In this document: positions 12,711 to 29,281 of the stretch, in pieces
Layout: each line of letters starts with the position of its first letter
How positions within the stretch are numbered: the first letter of the stretch is position 1
Assembly (NCBI GenBank): GCA_028534125.1
Contig: JAPYYK010000098.1
Location: 1,178,001 to 1,242,000, forward strand
Length of the DNA stretch: 64,000 bases
Direction: 5' to 3'
Source of the DNA: Lama glama
Taxonomy: Eukaryota
Program-made: the position numbers and the translations under genes
The notes under the pieces: model-generated
The model's database searches: none
Told to the model about the DNA's origin: nothing
What the model saw: only the letters and a program-made list of their open reading frames with translations

Positions 12711-14954
12711 GAAAAAGCCTGCAGACCAGTGATGCTTAATCAGCCGATGCCTGTTACTCACCGTCCAAGTTGCTTTGGAAGGACGTGCTGCAAGTTTATA
12801 AAAGCAGTTGCCTCTGAGAAGGGAGGGGAACAGACAGAAGGCAGAGGGTAAAGAGAACCGAAGCTGCGTTTGTGGTTTTTTCATTTGTTTGTTTCCTTCC
12901 TGCCCCCCAAGCTGGAGCCCAGCAGACGCCCTCACCGCGGCCCACGCTGAGCAGAAGGCGGCGGGGAGGCAGGCTTGTTAGGCAGCCTGTGTTCTCCTAC
13001 ATGAAACTTCTTTCTTCCCTCTGGCCCCAGATGGTGGGCCTGCACCTCCGGCCACCTCAACTCTTAAACTACCTGGGCGCCCAGGTCCTGGGCCGCCTTG
13101 GAGTCGGCGTGTCAGACGACCTTGAGAGGTAACAGTTCCAGTATCCTCCCCTCTCCCCACCTCACAAATACACAGAAAATCAGGGGGAGACAGAAAGAGA
13201 GAGAAACAGAGTTATTTTGGGGCCAAATTTAGGAATTCTAAAGGAAAAAAAATCTGTATGCAATACTATATTTTTAGCGCTAAATGGTGCTAAAAGCACT
13301 TTTTGGCACCGGTTAGAGAGTGAAAGTTGCCTGGTTAGTTTGGGAACAGAAAGCCGAACGGTGTACCCCGTGACCTCCGGCTCCCCAGGGCCCTCCACAC
13401 AGCGCCGCGGCTGCCTCCCCCTCTCACAGTCAGATCGCCGCCCCCTCCAGGAGAGGGACCCCGCTCACCCACCTGCTGCCCAAGCCACAGGCCTCACGCC
13501 CCTTGCTTTGTTTATTTTCACAAAACTGTGCAGGCACCGCTGAACCCATTTCACAGAGGGAAAAACCAAAGCCTAGAGTGGGAACACGAGGTGAGAGGGA
13601 GTGGATCCTGACTGGACCCCCCTCTATCTGATCTCAAAGCTGGGGGTAGGGGGCACAGGATGGGGTGGGCCTGAGGGACGAAGGGCAGAGGTGAAGGGTG
13701 CACAGCTCTTGGGGAAACTGCAGCTGACTGCATGTGCCCTGAAGGGGCCGCACCCCCCATCCCAGGGCAGGCAGGGCTGCCGCAGCTGGCTGCACGGGGC
13801 GGGGACAGGCCTCAGAGATGGGAGAGGCTGGGGCGGGGGGCCAGGGGGGAGGCCAGACGGATGAGACAGGAGAGGACGGATTCATGGGAGCACAGAGACT
13901 GGCCGGAGCAGGGAATGGGCGAGGAGGGCCGAGGGGCCCAGGTCGTGCAGGCGCAGGTGGGTCCCTGGAGGTGGACAGACGTGGGGCCCAGAGAGGGAGG
14001 GCTGGGCAGAGGGCCTCCGTCAGCCGGGGTGGGGTCTGGCTCTCCTGTCAGGAGGCCATCCCGGGTGGGGTGCAGGCGCCGTGGCCGGACTATCCTTGCC
14101 GGGTCTGCTGAGCCAGGGGGCAGGATCGGAGAGGGGAGGACACCCCTTCCTTCCGGGCGCTCTGTTCTGTGCTCCCGAAGTCGTCCCATGTTGGCTTCCA
14201 GCAGCAAGAGGGGCTGGGAAACGTCCAGTGTGTTCCAGCTGCTCTTTGTCCAGTTCCCATCAGTGGCTCGGATCCTGAGGAGGATGCTGAGTGACGTCGG
14301 GGACAACTGGTCTCCACCAGCGGCACCTGTGGGCGGCCTGTGACTTGGGGCGGCTAATGTCACTAAGCCTCCGTTTCCACCCCTGCTTCATGGATGCGAG
14401 GCTCTGCTCCCAGGGCACTCGGATGACCCTGTGTGCGTGCCAGGTGGAGGCTGAGGCCTGCTGGGGGGGGACCAGCCCCTCGGGGGGGAGAGGGAGGGGC
14501 CGCAGACGAGCAGTGGCCAGCAAGGCAGGGACAGTGAACTAACAGGGATGGTGTCCCACCGTGGAGGTTGGAGAGGGTGGCTGAGCAGAGCACTGGGACC
14601 CGGGCAGATGAGCTTCAGAGGAGAGCGGAGGGAGCCAGAGCTGCAGGGAGAGAGCGGCTGGAGAGGGAGGGCTGAGGGGACACCAGGGACATGGGGACGT
14701 GTGGGCAGGGCTGCCAGGTCCTCCGACAGGGAAGACACATCTAGGGGCCCTGGGTGGGCCGTTGTGAGCAGACCCCTTGGCCACACACCCTGACCGCGGG
14801 CCAGTCTCCCGGAGGTGGGAGGCCTGGGTGTCCAGCCAGAGGAGGGAGGCCAGCAGGACAGACCTGTTCCCCAAATCACACAAAGGGAAGGAAAGTCACC
14901 AGGCCTGGGTCACTTCAGGCAGGACGCGGGTGACTCCGGCAGTAACCACGCTCA

Positions 14955-16255
14955 CTTAAGAAATTAGACAGAGCTTTATTAAATAAACCAAATAGAGATG
15001 TGCCTGTTTACATCTGAGTTGTCGATTTGAGCTCAAGTGTTACGCAAGGCACAATTCTTCCCGTCTCCAGCTTAAAAAGAATAAATTGCGTGGCCTGGCC
15101 CCCAGGACTGAGGTGGATTCACGCGTGTGGCTCAGGGCTGGGCTGGAGTTCCCATGGCGCGGTCTACAGGGTCCAGGCTCCGGACTGTCCTGGGGGGCCC
15201 CGGCCTCAGGCAGAGGCTGCGTCCTGAGGTCTCGGCTGCTGCGTGGACGAGGGGCTGGGAGGAGGGAGTTTCGGAGTAGCGCCTCCTTCCGGCTGGCTCG
15301 GCTCCCCCTTCCCTGGCCCCCGGGAGCTGCCTGGAGGGAGGCCGTCCTGTGGGCGGCCCTGGCTCAGATCTGCTGAGGTGCTTCGGACAGAAGGAGGGAC
15401 AGATAACACAGGTCTCTGTGCTCCGGCAGAACAAGGAGGCGTCTCAGAATGAGCAAACGCAAGAAGGGCCCCATCTCCAGCCCAAGGACACTTGCCAAGC
15501 AGGGACTCCGAAGTCCCCGTGCTGATAGCGGAGCCCGGACAGGAGGATGAGCCAGACCCACGGGCTGTCCCCCGGGTCAAGGCCAAGTCCGGGAGGGGCT
15601 TCCCAGCTCAGGGAACAAAGAACCACAGAGGACCGCCATCCATTCACAGGGGCCGAGGAGGGCACAAGGCCCACGTCAGGTGCCCCCTCGAAGCTGAGCC
15701 GGGGCGGCCCCGGCGCTACGTCCCTGGCTCTCCTTGCGCAGTGGCAGCGCCGGGCTGGCCCCTCACGTCCGCTTGCTCCCCGTTCCCCAGCAGGAGCCGG
15801 ACGAGGGGAAATGTAGTCTCCACAGGGAGATGGACGCACACAAGTAAAAGAGTAATTACAAGTACTTCCCTGAGATCACTGCGGCCACACCGCCCCAGAC
15901 GCCATCTGCACCGCGCTCCCGCCTGCCCCACGCCCTGGGGGGGGTAGGGACGGAGAAAATCAAAGCCCAAGTGGACGCCGCCCGGAAATCCCGACCACCA
16001 GGCGGAGGAAGGGGCCAGGTCCCCCGCCTTGTAAGACTCTGAAGCGAAACAAGAAAGCAAAACCAGAAAAACCCAAAGAGCAAACTTAAACACCCCCAAC
16101 AAGGAGCAGCGTGCGGGCAGAGCTGACCCCAGTTGACAAGGGCGGCGGCAGCAGCGAGGCGGGCCTGGGCCGGAGGCCGCGCGGGCGGGCGGGCTGGCGG
16201 GCGGGCATCCCTGTGGTGGAGGCCGGCAACGTGGCCTCCAGCCCAGCCCCGCGGG
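14955..16255 (-). other. NUP210: NUP210 3'UTR (~1.3 kb)
   Basis: Runs from the stop codon to the first canonical minus-strand AATAAA I found; the cleavage site is approximate. Confidence 0.75.
14975..14980 (-). terminator. Polyadenylation signal AATAAA of NUP210
   Basis: TTTATT on the + strand; UGUA (CFIm-type) motif ~30 nt upstream at 15009-15012; GU-rich sequence downstream (gtgagcgtggtt). Confidence 0.8.
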
Positions 16256-16359
16256 CTAGTGGGACGTGTGCGCCGGGCTCCACAGCCCCGAAGGAGGACT
16301 GGCTCGGCGGACAGGAGGCAGCACGCTGAAAGGCATGGGCGACGATGAGGCAGCAAAGT
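16256..16359 (-). CDS. NUP210: NUP210 last exon (~40), coding part (YFAASSSPMPFSVLPPVRRASPPSGLWSPAHTSH*)
   Basis: ccctag|AC ... TAG stop at 16258-16256; characteristic gp210 C-terminus. Confidence 0.96.
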
Positions 16360-16610
16360 CTAGGGGGGAGAGAAGCGCAGTGAGGGACGCAGCAGAGGGG
16401 GCGCCGGAGAGACAGCCCCCAGGCGCAGCCCTCCACACAGCTGGTCCTGCCGGGGACCCGCCCACCAGCTCCCATTTCCTCCAGGCCCGGACCGGCCCTC
16501 CGGGCCTCACGCCCTAGCCGCAGCTTTTGCCCAGGGCCAGCCAGGCCTTCTGAGACTCGGGGTTCCCCCCAGGACCCCTCCTCTGAGCCCCAGCTCTGCC
16601 AGGGTGGCTA

Positions 16611-16970
<360 letters not shown>

Positions 16971-17915
16971 TCACCTGGGACCCTGCTTCCTGGGACTGCC
17001 CACCGGTCAGCGGTAACCTCCCGCCCCGTTCAAGCGGGGAAGAGGCCTGCCTGGGGGCGTCTGGAGGGAGTGGGTTGCCCCGAAGGCTCCCAACCAGTCA
17101 CCTCCCTGCCCTGAGGCGCCCAGGGCTCCCCGCGGCCCCCCGCGGCTGCCTCTCACCTGCCCTCAGCCCAGGGTCTCTGACTGCGCCCCCCCACTCTGCT
17201 CCCCAGTCCAGATCCAGTGGGAGCGGCCCCTCCCCCCAGCAGAGGCTAGGCCACTCCATGTGCCCCCCAACCCCAGCCAGATCTTCAGACTCCATCCTTC
17301 CTCCCTGCGTTTGGAATCTGCCCTGTTTCGGGGAGAGGGGGTGCTTCTCGGGCATCGGCCTAGCCCAGGCCCGGCACACAGCAGGCACTAAGACATGAGC
17401 GCAGAAGAAAGGCACTCATCCACTGCCAAGCGCCCGCGCCCACGCCCACGGCGTGTCAGGTGGGCCCTGTTCTAAATGCTGTCCTCACATACTGACTTCC
17501 ACGGGGGAGGGGCGGTGGAAACCGCCATAATTAATCACATCAATCCCCATGCAGGCGGGCTGCCCGCCACAGCGCTGTGGAAGGAGGAGGAGGGCAGGAG
17601 GGCCTGCGAGTGAGGTCTGAGTTCCCTGCTCTGCAGCACAGCGGTGTGTGTGTGTGAGGGGCAGGGACCCCGGGGACCGGCCTCCCCAACAGAAGGAACA
17701 GCGAATGCCAAGAGGTCGACTAGGGGCTGCCCGGGTTCCAGAAGCAGGAAGGAGGCCAGCGTGGCCAGGGCAGTGCGTGTGAGGGGTCGGGGGGCCTGGG
17801 CTTTTCCCCGAGGCGGGGCCGCGCAGAGCGGCGAGCACAGGAGGGGCGCTCTCCAATCCCCTGTAACAGGGCCCCCTGGCCTCCGAGGAAGCAGAGCCCG
17901 CAGGACAGCGCGTCA

Positions 17916-18452
<537 letters not shown>

Positions 18453-19008
18453 TCACGGGATTCTAACCAAGCACCCCTTAAACAGAGACATGCGTGATCT
18501 CCCAAGGTCAGCTTCCTGAGGGGCAGCCTGGAGCCTGGTGGGCCCTCCACGCCCCCCAGCGCATTCACTCCTGTCTCGCTCTGAAGATGTTCAGCCGCAG
18601 AGGAGGGAGCGGCGGAGATGCCAGCGAGCCCGTTTCACGTTGCCCCGACCCTCCTCCCAGCCTGCTGGGCTCCAGGCCGGTGGCGTCACGCACCACCACT
18701 CAGCAGCCGGGGACACCCAGGCCCGGAGACACGCACACAATGGTCCCCGCGTGCGGGATCAGCGATCAGTTAGGGGTTAGAACTTTCCTTCCTGCCCTGG
18801 CAGCCTGCGTTCCTGCCCTGAAGTCACTCATGGAACACGGGACATGTTCGCTGAGCGCTCGCGGGCTGTCGGGCAGGCCCCGCCCCTCTCCTCCAGCTGA
18901 GGAGACCGGCAGCCGTCCTGACAATTCGTGCACTCACACTGGCTGACGGTCAGCATGGGAAGAGGAAAGGGGGGTGTTAACTTCTTTGAATTTTTAATTT
19001 AAATTTTA

Positions 19009-19437
<429 letters not shown>

Positions 19438-20727
19438 CTATTCACCCTGCAGAGCCCAGGGGAGGCACCGCCACCCTCAGGGACCCCCTGGGAAGCCCCT
19501 CCTCGGTGCCCCGGCCCGCCCTGGACACCCGCTTTGTGACCAGCGCTCCCCTCGCCGTCTCTGGCTCCTCTGTTCACCACATCCCAGTGCACTGACGTCC
19601 CCTGAGCCCCTGTCCCTCAGGGCCCAGCCAGCCTGGCTCAGAACAAGGACAAGGGAATGGTGAGCACGGCCCAGCACTGGCCGCGCGTCAAGCGGGGCTG
19701 ACTCCTGGACAGCCGCCGGCCCAGGGGCAGCAGGATGCTCTGTGCACGCCTGGCCCGTGCCTGACCCACAGCAGGTGAATGAGCTGAATGAACACCGTGG
19801 AGCAGGGCCTTGGAAACCAGGATGCCTTGGTTGGGGGTCCCTTCTATGCCCCACCGGCCAGGTGCCCCCAGGCGAGTTGGCTTCCTTGCTGGCCCCATTT
19901 CCCTTGTCAAGTGGAGGTAACATTGCACCCCTTGTGAGGCTGTGCAGGGGAAACACGCAGGGCCTGGGACCACCAAGTGCCTACCCTGCACGAAGCCCCG
20001 AGCCCAGGCCCTGCACACAGTGGGCCCTGAGGACACAGCTCCTGACTCAGGATGCTGAGTGCTGCCGCCAGAGCGAGCACAGGACAGGAGGGCCTCGCAG
20101 GCCCCTGGGAGCCACATCTGGGCTCACGGCCCCGCGTCATGTGGCCGCTAATCTCCCCTGGGAAGGTGGGGCCGCAAGGTCTTGGAAAGATCTGAAGATG
20201 AGCCACATGCTCGTCCAGTCACTCTCATCACAGCCGGTCCCACTGAGGACGCAGCGTGAGCACGTGGCAGGCACTGTCCTTCCGACTGCCCACAGCAGCC
20301 CCTGACAGGTGGCCTGCCTCTGGGAGCGAGCGAGTCGGTGCCGCTCCAGCCCATGGTGTCACCCACAGCCCGGTCACCGGGCAGCTGCACTCTCTATATG
20401 CCGCCTGGCCCTCAGCTACTGAGTAAGGGCCTTTCCATCCCTCTCAGTGCCCCCCTACCCCGTCAGGCCGGCAACAGGAAGGGCTGGGAACCAGGTTTCC
20501 CCAGTCTGTGCCAAGTCCTTTCTGCCACGGGTCGGTGGCTGCTTAGAGTGGCCAAGACCTGGCCCAGGGATGCCGGCCCCTCCCGGGGGCCACAGTGACC
20601 CAGAGGCCAGGGTGACAATGGCACCAGTCCCAGGCTGGGCTCCTGAAGGACGCTGCCCCCACCCCGACCCCGGACCGCTGGCCATCGTGAGCCAGGTGCA
20701 CTGAAGGCAAACCCTCCGCGCAGGTCA

Positions 20728-21159
<432 letters not shown>

Positions 21160-21659
21160 TCAGGCCCACTGGTGCGTGTCGTCTGTCCCTGTCAACAGGG
21201 GAGACGGGCAATTTACTCCTGGACGTCAGGAGGGTGCCAGTCCCCGCTAATGCCCTGAGCACCATTCTGGTAAGTGCGCAGTACTGTCTGCTCGTCCCGG
21301 ACGCAGTAAAGCATCATCAGAACGAGGACGGTGGTACTTAGTTCTACCCGTCAAGTAGTTAAAAAACAGCCTGTGTTGATGTATCTGTTTCTGGCAGCTG
21401 CTGTCCAGGGCAGTCACGGGCAGGGGGTGAGGTCGAATGTTCTGTGCGTGACTGGGGAGAATCGAAGTCGGCGGGGAGGCCTGCTAAGCCATTATTTCCT
21501 GGGATGGATGGTGGTGAGTTTCGGCTTTGCTAGGGTGCCCTGGGGCGGACAGCGCGTCTCCAGCCCAGAAACAGGCAGTTGCTGGACGCCGGGCTCTTTC
21601 AGGAAGATCCCGTCACTGCTTCTGCTGTGGAGCACTCGGATTTCGGGCCAGCTGGGTTA

Positions 21660-21977
<318 letters not shown>

Positions 21978-23157
21978 TCAAGGTACAGGGGACAAAACCG
22001 AGCTGGCTGGGATGTGGTGGCCCCAGGCTGCTCAGACTCCCCATGGGAACAGCGGCTGCTCCCAGCCGCAGAGCAGGCCGGGGCGGAACAGCCCGCCTGG
22101 ATTCACTTGGCAGTTGGAGGTGGGAGGCCGATTTGGGCTCCCCTGACAGCGACAATCACGTCTCTGCACATCAATTTGGTTAATTCATCTCTCAGCAAAA
22201 AGAGAAGATGCCACTTCACTTCATTGTCACTTATTCAAAATAAATTGACCCGACCAGACGCAAGCTCACACTGCCTGGTGGTGGGGGCTACGCCAGTCTT
22301 CGAGGCTTTCTCCCTGCCCACCCCCTCCCCACCAACCGCTGCACCCAAACACCCCGCCGCACGCCTTCCTGAGGCAGGACGAGCTCTCCGCCGCCTCCGG
22401 GCAGGAGGCCATCCGGGCTCTGGGTCTCCCTCCTCCCCAGGGCCCCCGCAGCACTGGAGGCAGACTGGAAGCTGGCCCCTCCACCTCCGGACTGACCAGC
22501 GGTCCCCATGCCCCTGCCCTGGTACCTCCCTCCACCCGTCTTCTCTGCTCCTGACCCCAATCTGCAGTCTCCTCTTGGGGGAGGCCCCAAGGCCTTGATC
22601 CCACTCCCGACTTGCTCCGGTAGGCCCTGCGCGTTCCCGCCACTCCCAGGGCTTCCGATTTTGTCTGTACTGCAGACCCTCCCTCACCACCCTGCCCCCA
22701 GCCACCTGGAGCTGCAGACGCGTCACCACCAGCCCCACCTGGAAGAGCCACAACCCCCTCCAGCTCACCAGCCCCTTCCCTCAGCACCAGCCCTTCTGTG
22801 GCCCCCTCTCTGCAAAGGGCCATCACCCACCTGGTTGCCCAAGCCAGACCTGGAGACTCGTCCCCCAGGCCTCCTCTCCCCTCTAGCCCCACTGCCAGTC
22901 ACCAGGCTCTAACAACCCTCCTTCCCCCATCTCCCCAAACCCACCCGGGGGCACCAGCCAGGGCCCAGCTTCCACCTCCCAGCTGCCACCCTGCAGCAGC
23001 TCCCCTCCCCTCAGGCCCTTAGACTCGGCCAGGCACCGGCCGTCTCTCCAGACACACCTCTGATCTGCAACGGTCTTTGCTTAAAAAAAGCTCCGATAAT
23101 CCCTCCTGCACTGCACCCGGCATGAGTTTCACCCTCTCACCCTGAGCAGGGGCAGCC

Positions 23158-23355
23158 AATACCGACTAAGCACTTGCTGGGTGCTGAGTACCATTCTAAG
23201 TGTTTCATGCAATAATAGTATCCCCATTTTACAGGTGAGAAAACTGAGGCACAGAGAGGCTAAATAACTTGCCCAAGGTCACACAGCCTCTCAGTGGCCC
23301 AGCTGGGATGTGAACCCAGGCAGCCTGGCCCCAGAGCCCGTATGCGTAACCACTC
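23158..23355 (-). mobile_element. MIR SINE, near full core
   Basis: atccccattttacaggtgagaaaactgaggcacagagaggctaaataacttgcccaaggtcacacagc...gaacccaggcagcctggccccagagc. Confidence 0.92.
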
Positions 23356-24083
23356 CAGGAGCTACCCAGAATCGAAGGCATGTCGTGATCTGATCACAAT
23401 GCCATCCCCTACATCCCAGGATCCAGCCCCAGGACTCTGCTCTTGAACCCCACACACCTTTGCCAGGCCATGCCCTCCTCTGCCAGCACCCCCACCCTAC
23501 CCTGGCCCTGGCCGGGCTGCTTCTGGGAGGGTGTTGCTTTATTAGCCCCAAGGTGTCTCTATGTGCAGGGGGCTGGCCCCAGCTGCAGAGCTGCCGCACT
23601 GAACATGTGCGCTATTAGGTTAAACTGCTGGACTCCACAGAGCACACGCTGGCTCTAACGATGAGACACGTGGAAGGCGGCCAGGCTCTGCTCACTGATT
23701 CACTCTCGGCTGGAGAGAAACAGGAGGAGAGCAATTTTGTTTGCTTCCAGAAAGACTCAAAAGGTGACTTGCTGGGGGAGTTTAACTTTGCCGGTGACAC
23801 CAAATGGCCACACGGGGCCGCCCATGGCCGGGACTCCCAGGGCACACCCCCAGTGGACAGTCCTGCCCTCGGGGCTCAGCCTCAAGGCTACAGTGCGAAG
23901 GCACTGGGATCCCCCAGGAGGCCACCTCTGTGCTCACACCATGGCGAACAGGGGAGACGCTACCCGGGTAGGAGAGGGGAAGCTGCCCTCACGGCAGGGT
24001 CGTGACACCCCATCCTGACCGCCTCCCAGGGTGCTGGGGCCTTTTTCTTAGAGAAAAGAGAATCGCTCAGTATTGAAAGCTTA

Positions 24084-24533
<450 letters not shown>

Positions 24534-24963
24534 CTAGCCTGCTGCACACCTCCCCCATGTACTGTCCCTGTCCCCGCACCCTGCTCAGCCACTCCCTCTG
24601 TGCAGCTCAGGGCTGTCACTAGACAGCGGTCCTTAGTGAAAAGCCAATCTCGTCATGTAATAAATATGATGAAAAAATTCAATAGCCATGTTCTATTTGC
24701 AACTAATGATATGTTTTTCTTTAAAGGCAATGTTCATTTATTCCTTTTTAAATTTATTCCTTTAAAGATGAATTTAATTAGGTTTAAAAAAGGGAGTCAA
24801 TTTGAAAAAAAACTAAGTAAATAACAGTCCCTGTGGCTCGCGGATGTATGGGCGGCGAGGGAGTCACCCCCCAGCCCTACAGCTGTGCAGGGCCAAGGCT
24901 CCTTCCCAGGGCTGGTGGCCTGGCGCAGCAGCCCCGGCCACGGAGCCGATCCCGGTGAGATCA

Positions 24964-25644
<681 letters not shown>

Positions 25645-26670
25645 TCAGTCTCAGGGGGGCTCCCAGTTCACAGGGAGGAGCCGCCCAAGGTCCCTGCTGG
25701 ACGACGCGCCCGCCCACCGCACCCAGGCACCACCCCAACTCTCGTTCATGGAGTAGCTGCTCTGGGTGAGGGACCCACAGGCCACACAAACCTGACTTAC
25801 CCACCAACCCGGGGGGACCCACGGCATCATCCCCACGTCCCGAGGGGAGGCCGAGGCCCAGAGGAAAGTGTACCCGGTGCTCCAGCCCCCCAACCCCAGC
25901 AGGGAACCAGGACACGCGGGGAGGCACCGGCCGCCCCCTGCGGTGTAACTGGGACACGCGGCATTGCCCCCGTCTGCTTCCTCATCCGCTGATCAGGAAC
26001 GTACGTCACAGGCTGACGTGGGCATCAGACCCGGTGAGCAGCTGGGAAGCGCTCAGACCAGGGCGCAGTGCACAGCGGGCGCTCCATGTCAGCAGCCACC
26101 GTGGGGCCAGAGGGGAGGCTGGAGGGGCGGGGGAGGTCGGGGTCTCCACTTCATCCCCTCCCTGCACCGTGCCTCCTGACTCCTGAGCCCTGACTGGTCT
26201 ACTGGAGTCACATGCTTCAGCCATGGAAGGGCCTGTGGCTTCTGCAGGGAGGCGGGGGCGCTGGGACTCGCAGCTGCGCTCCCTCCAGGGCAGCCTGCGG
26301 CCCGGACCGGCAGACGCCCTGCTGTGTGCATGGAGCGCCACGGTTTGCCAGGGGCCCTCAGGACCACGGCCTGAGCTGATGGCCCAGGGGCCAGGCTACA
26401 TTCCCATGTGGCAGGTGTGGACATGGAGCCTGGAGGGTGGCCTGCCCGAGCTCACAGGCCCCGCTCCAAGCCCCGCTCTTTGCCCCAGCGCCCGGCCCTG
26501 GGTGTGTTCAGTGACGCATCTGTGGCAGGGCCCGTGGGAAGGCGAGGCCACAGTGGTCCCCAACACCTGGACACAACCTCCTGCGCCCGGGAGACTCTGG
26601 GGCCCTGCTCCTTCCTCCTGGGTCTGAGGCGCCTCTCCTCTCCTCTAAGCTGGGCCTGCGTCTCCCAGGA

Positions 26671-26790
26671 CAGTGGTTCTCAGCCTGCAGGGTCACCTGG
26701 AGGCCTTGTGAAAACACACTGTTGGCCCCGTGAACGTGCGTCTCTAAGGGTTCCCAGGTGACTGGGCTGGGGACCACACCTTGAGAACTG
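26671..26790. mobile_element. Internally deleted MER5A-like MITE
   Basis: Ends cagtggttctca ... ggggaccacaccttgagaactg. Confidence 0.7.
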
Positions 26791-26894
26791 CAGGTCCAGC
26801 CCGTGGCCACGGCTCTCCTTCCTGGAGACCCCCTTTTCACATTAAGCCTGAGGCTGCAGTTCTATTTCAGAAGAGTCAGCCAAAAAAACTGCCC

Positions 26895-26995
26895 CTGGAG
26901 CCTGATGGGACCCAGTATTCAAACCCTATTTCATTTCCTGGCTGTGTGGCCCTGGACAAGTGGCTTGACCTCTCTGGGCCTCAACAAATGGGCAA
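26895..26995 (+). mobile_element. MIR SINE fragment
   Basis: gctgtgtggccctggacaagtggcttgacctctctgggcctca. Confidence 0.7.
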
Positions 26996-27519
26996 CAGGG
27001 AGGAGTCAGTGAGACGGCACACAGAAGGGCCTGCCCACAGGAGACGTCAGGGAACATCGCACTCCTTCCTTGCTGGCACCTTCTCCGACCAGCTTTTGCA
27101 GAGGGTGTAACTGATGCTTTGTGTCCACTGACCACAGGGCCAGGCCAGTGGCCAGGCTTGTCTGCATCTCCCCTGCGGCCCGGCTGTCATGGCTGCCCAA
27201 GTCTTATTACAAACCTTCCAGCCAGAGCCCAACATCTGCGTTTCGCTTCCTGCCTGTTAGGGGACGTCCCCGCTGAATGATTCTACACTGTGGGGTAATG
27301 AAGATTCTTGGCCACGCCTCCCCCCATCCTCCGCCTGGCCTGGTGCCTCCCCGTGGCCCTGTGGGTGTGGCGCACCCCCGCCCTTGGAAACTGAAAGTAA
27401 CAAACTCTCCCTTCAGCGACGTTCGCCTCTCCGCGTGGTCACCTGTCCCCTGCATGAACCAAATCTGAGTCCAGTGGGGACCTGGCTTCATGAGGGGACC
27501 AGGGGGCACCCACACCCTA

Positions 27520-27795
<276 letters not shown>

Positions 27796-28963
27796 TCAGG
27801 AGGCCTGGGGGCTGGACCCACCGAGGGGTCACGGAAAGGGCATCCCAGCCCGTGACACTGTCCCCCTCCTCACGTGGTGGCTGGTCTGACTCTGAGGAAA
27901 CCTAAGCCACAGGAGTCAGATCCACAACTGTGAAAAACCCAGCTCATCGTTCACGCTGCAAACACCCCCGGACTTTGAGAGCTCAGTGCCGTCAGAGGGC
28001 CTGGCTCCCTGGGCACTGAAGAAGAGACCAGCCTGCTCCGGGCACAGAGGCAGTGTCCCCGGGGCCTCTGCGGACCTGGCCAGGAGCCAGGGGCAGGGGC
28101 CCCAGGGAGGGGACACGGAAAGGTGGGGCGATGGGCTTCAGGGGCCCAGGAAGCTGAGCTCCTCGAGGGGAGCCCTGGTCCTCTGAGTCCAGACAAAACG
28201 TAGCCTGGCCAAAAAGGCTGTCCCGATTTCTTTGCCAAAGGTCAGCAGTCCAGTGGCGGGCACACAGCTGGTGCTCAACACACATTTGCTGACACAGGAG
28301 GAGCCGTCAGACTCTTCCACCTACTCAAAAACGAGGGTGGAGGCTTCCCTGCCAGACGCTCACCTTGTAACAAGGAGACATTAATAAGGAAACAGGCCTA
28401 CGACCCGAGCACGACCCGATTATTAAAGCGGTCGTATGTCTTCTCTGTCACCGAGGGTCAGAAAGTGGCTGTGATGAGATATGCAAAGAAAACTCCGCAG
28501 GACAAACCCCAGGACCCGACCGGGGACGCCCAAGGAGGCAGTCCTGTCACGAGGGAGCTCAGAAGGGGAGAGGGACATGGAGGAGCTGGATGGGTGTGGA
28601 GGACACACACCCGGGGCCAGGGCCTGGACACTGGCTGGCAATCACTGTGTGTCGTTGAGCAAGTCACTTCTACTCCGAGTCTCAGTTTCCTTGCCTAAAG
28701 TGGGGGCACCTCATTCTGCAAGGAGCTCATTTGTCACGTAATGGTTTCTGGGTCAGGACCCAGCACGTGCACTGGATGCTCTCAGGCGCCTGCCGGGTTC
28801 CAGGACACCGGAGTGCCAGTCCCAGCAAACCGTGGACCTCTCTGGGCCTCAGTTTCCCCACCTATGAATGAGGTCATTGCAGTCAATCATCTCCACGGAT
28901 CTCTGGCTCTGACAGCCAGAAGACACTGCAGCTTCTTATCTAGCACCTTTGCCTGAGGGATTA

Positions 28964-29281
<318 letters not shown>

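Noticed and set aside
13292-13320. Superficial resemblance to a CRISPR tracrRNA/sgRNA 3' end (..tggcaccg..)
   Set aside because: Only a few bases match; mammalian context with no repeat-spacer array or cas genes
1-14900. Search for a second gene, tRNA, snoRNA or processed pseudogene downstream of NUP210
   Set aside because: Nothing recognisable by eye; a tRNAscan, Infernal or BLAST run would be needed to exclude small RNAs
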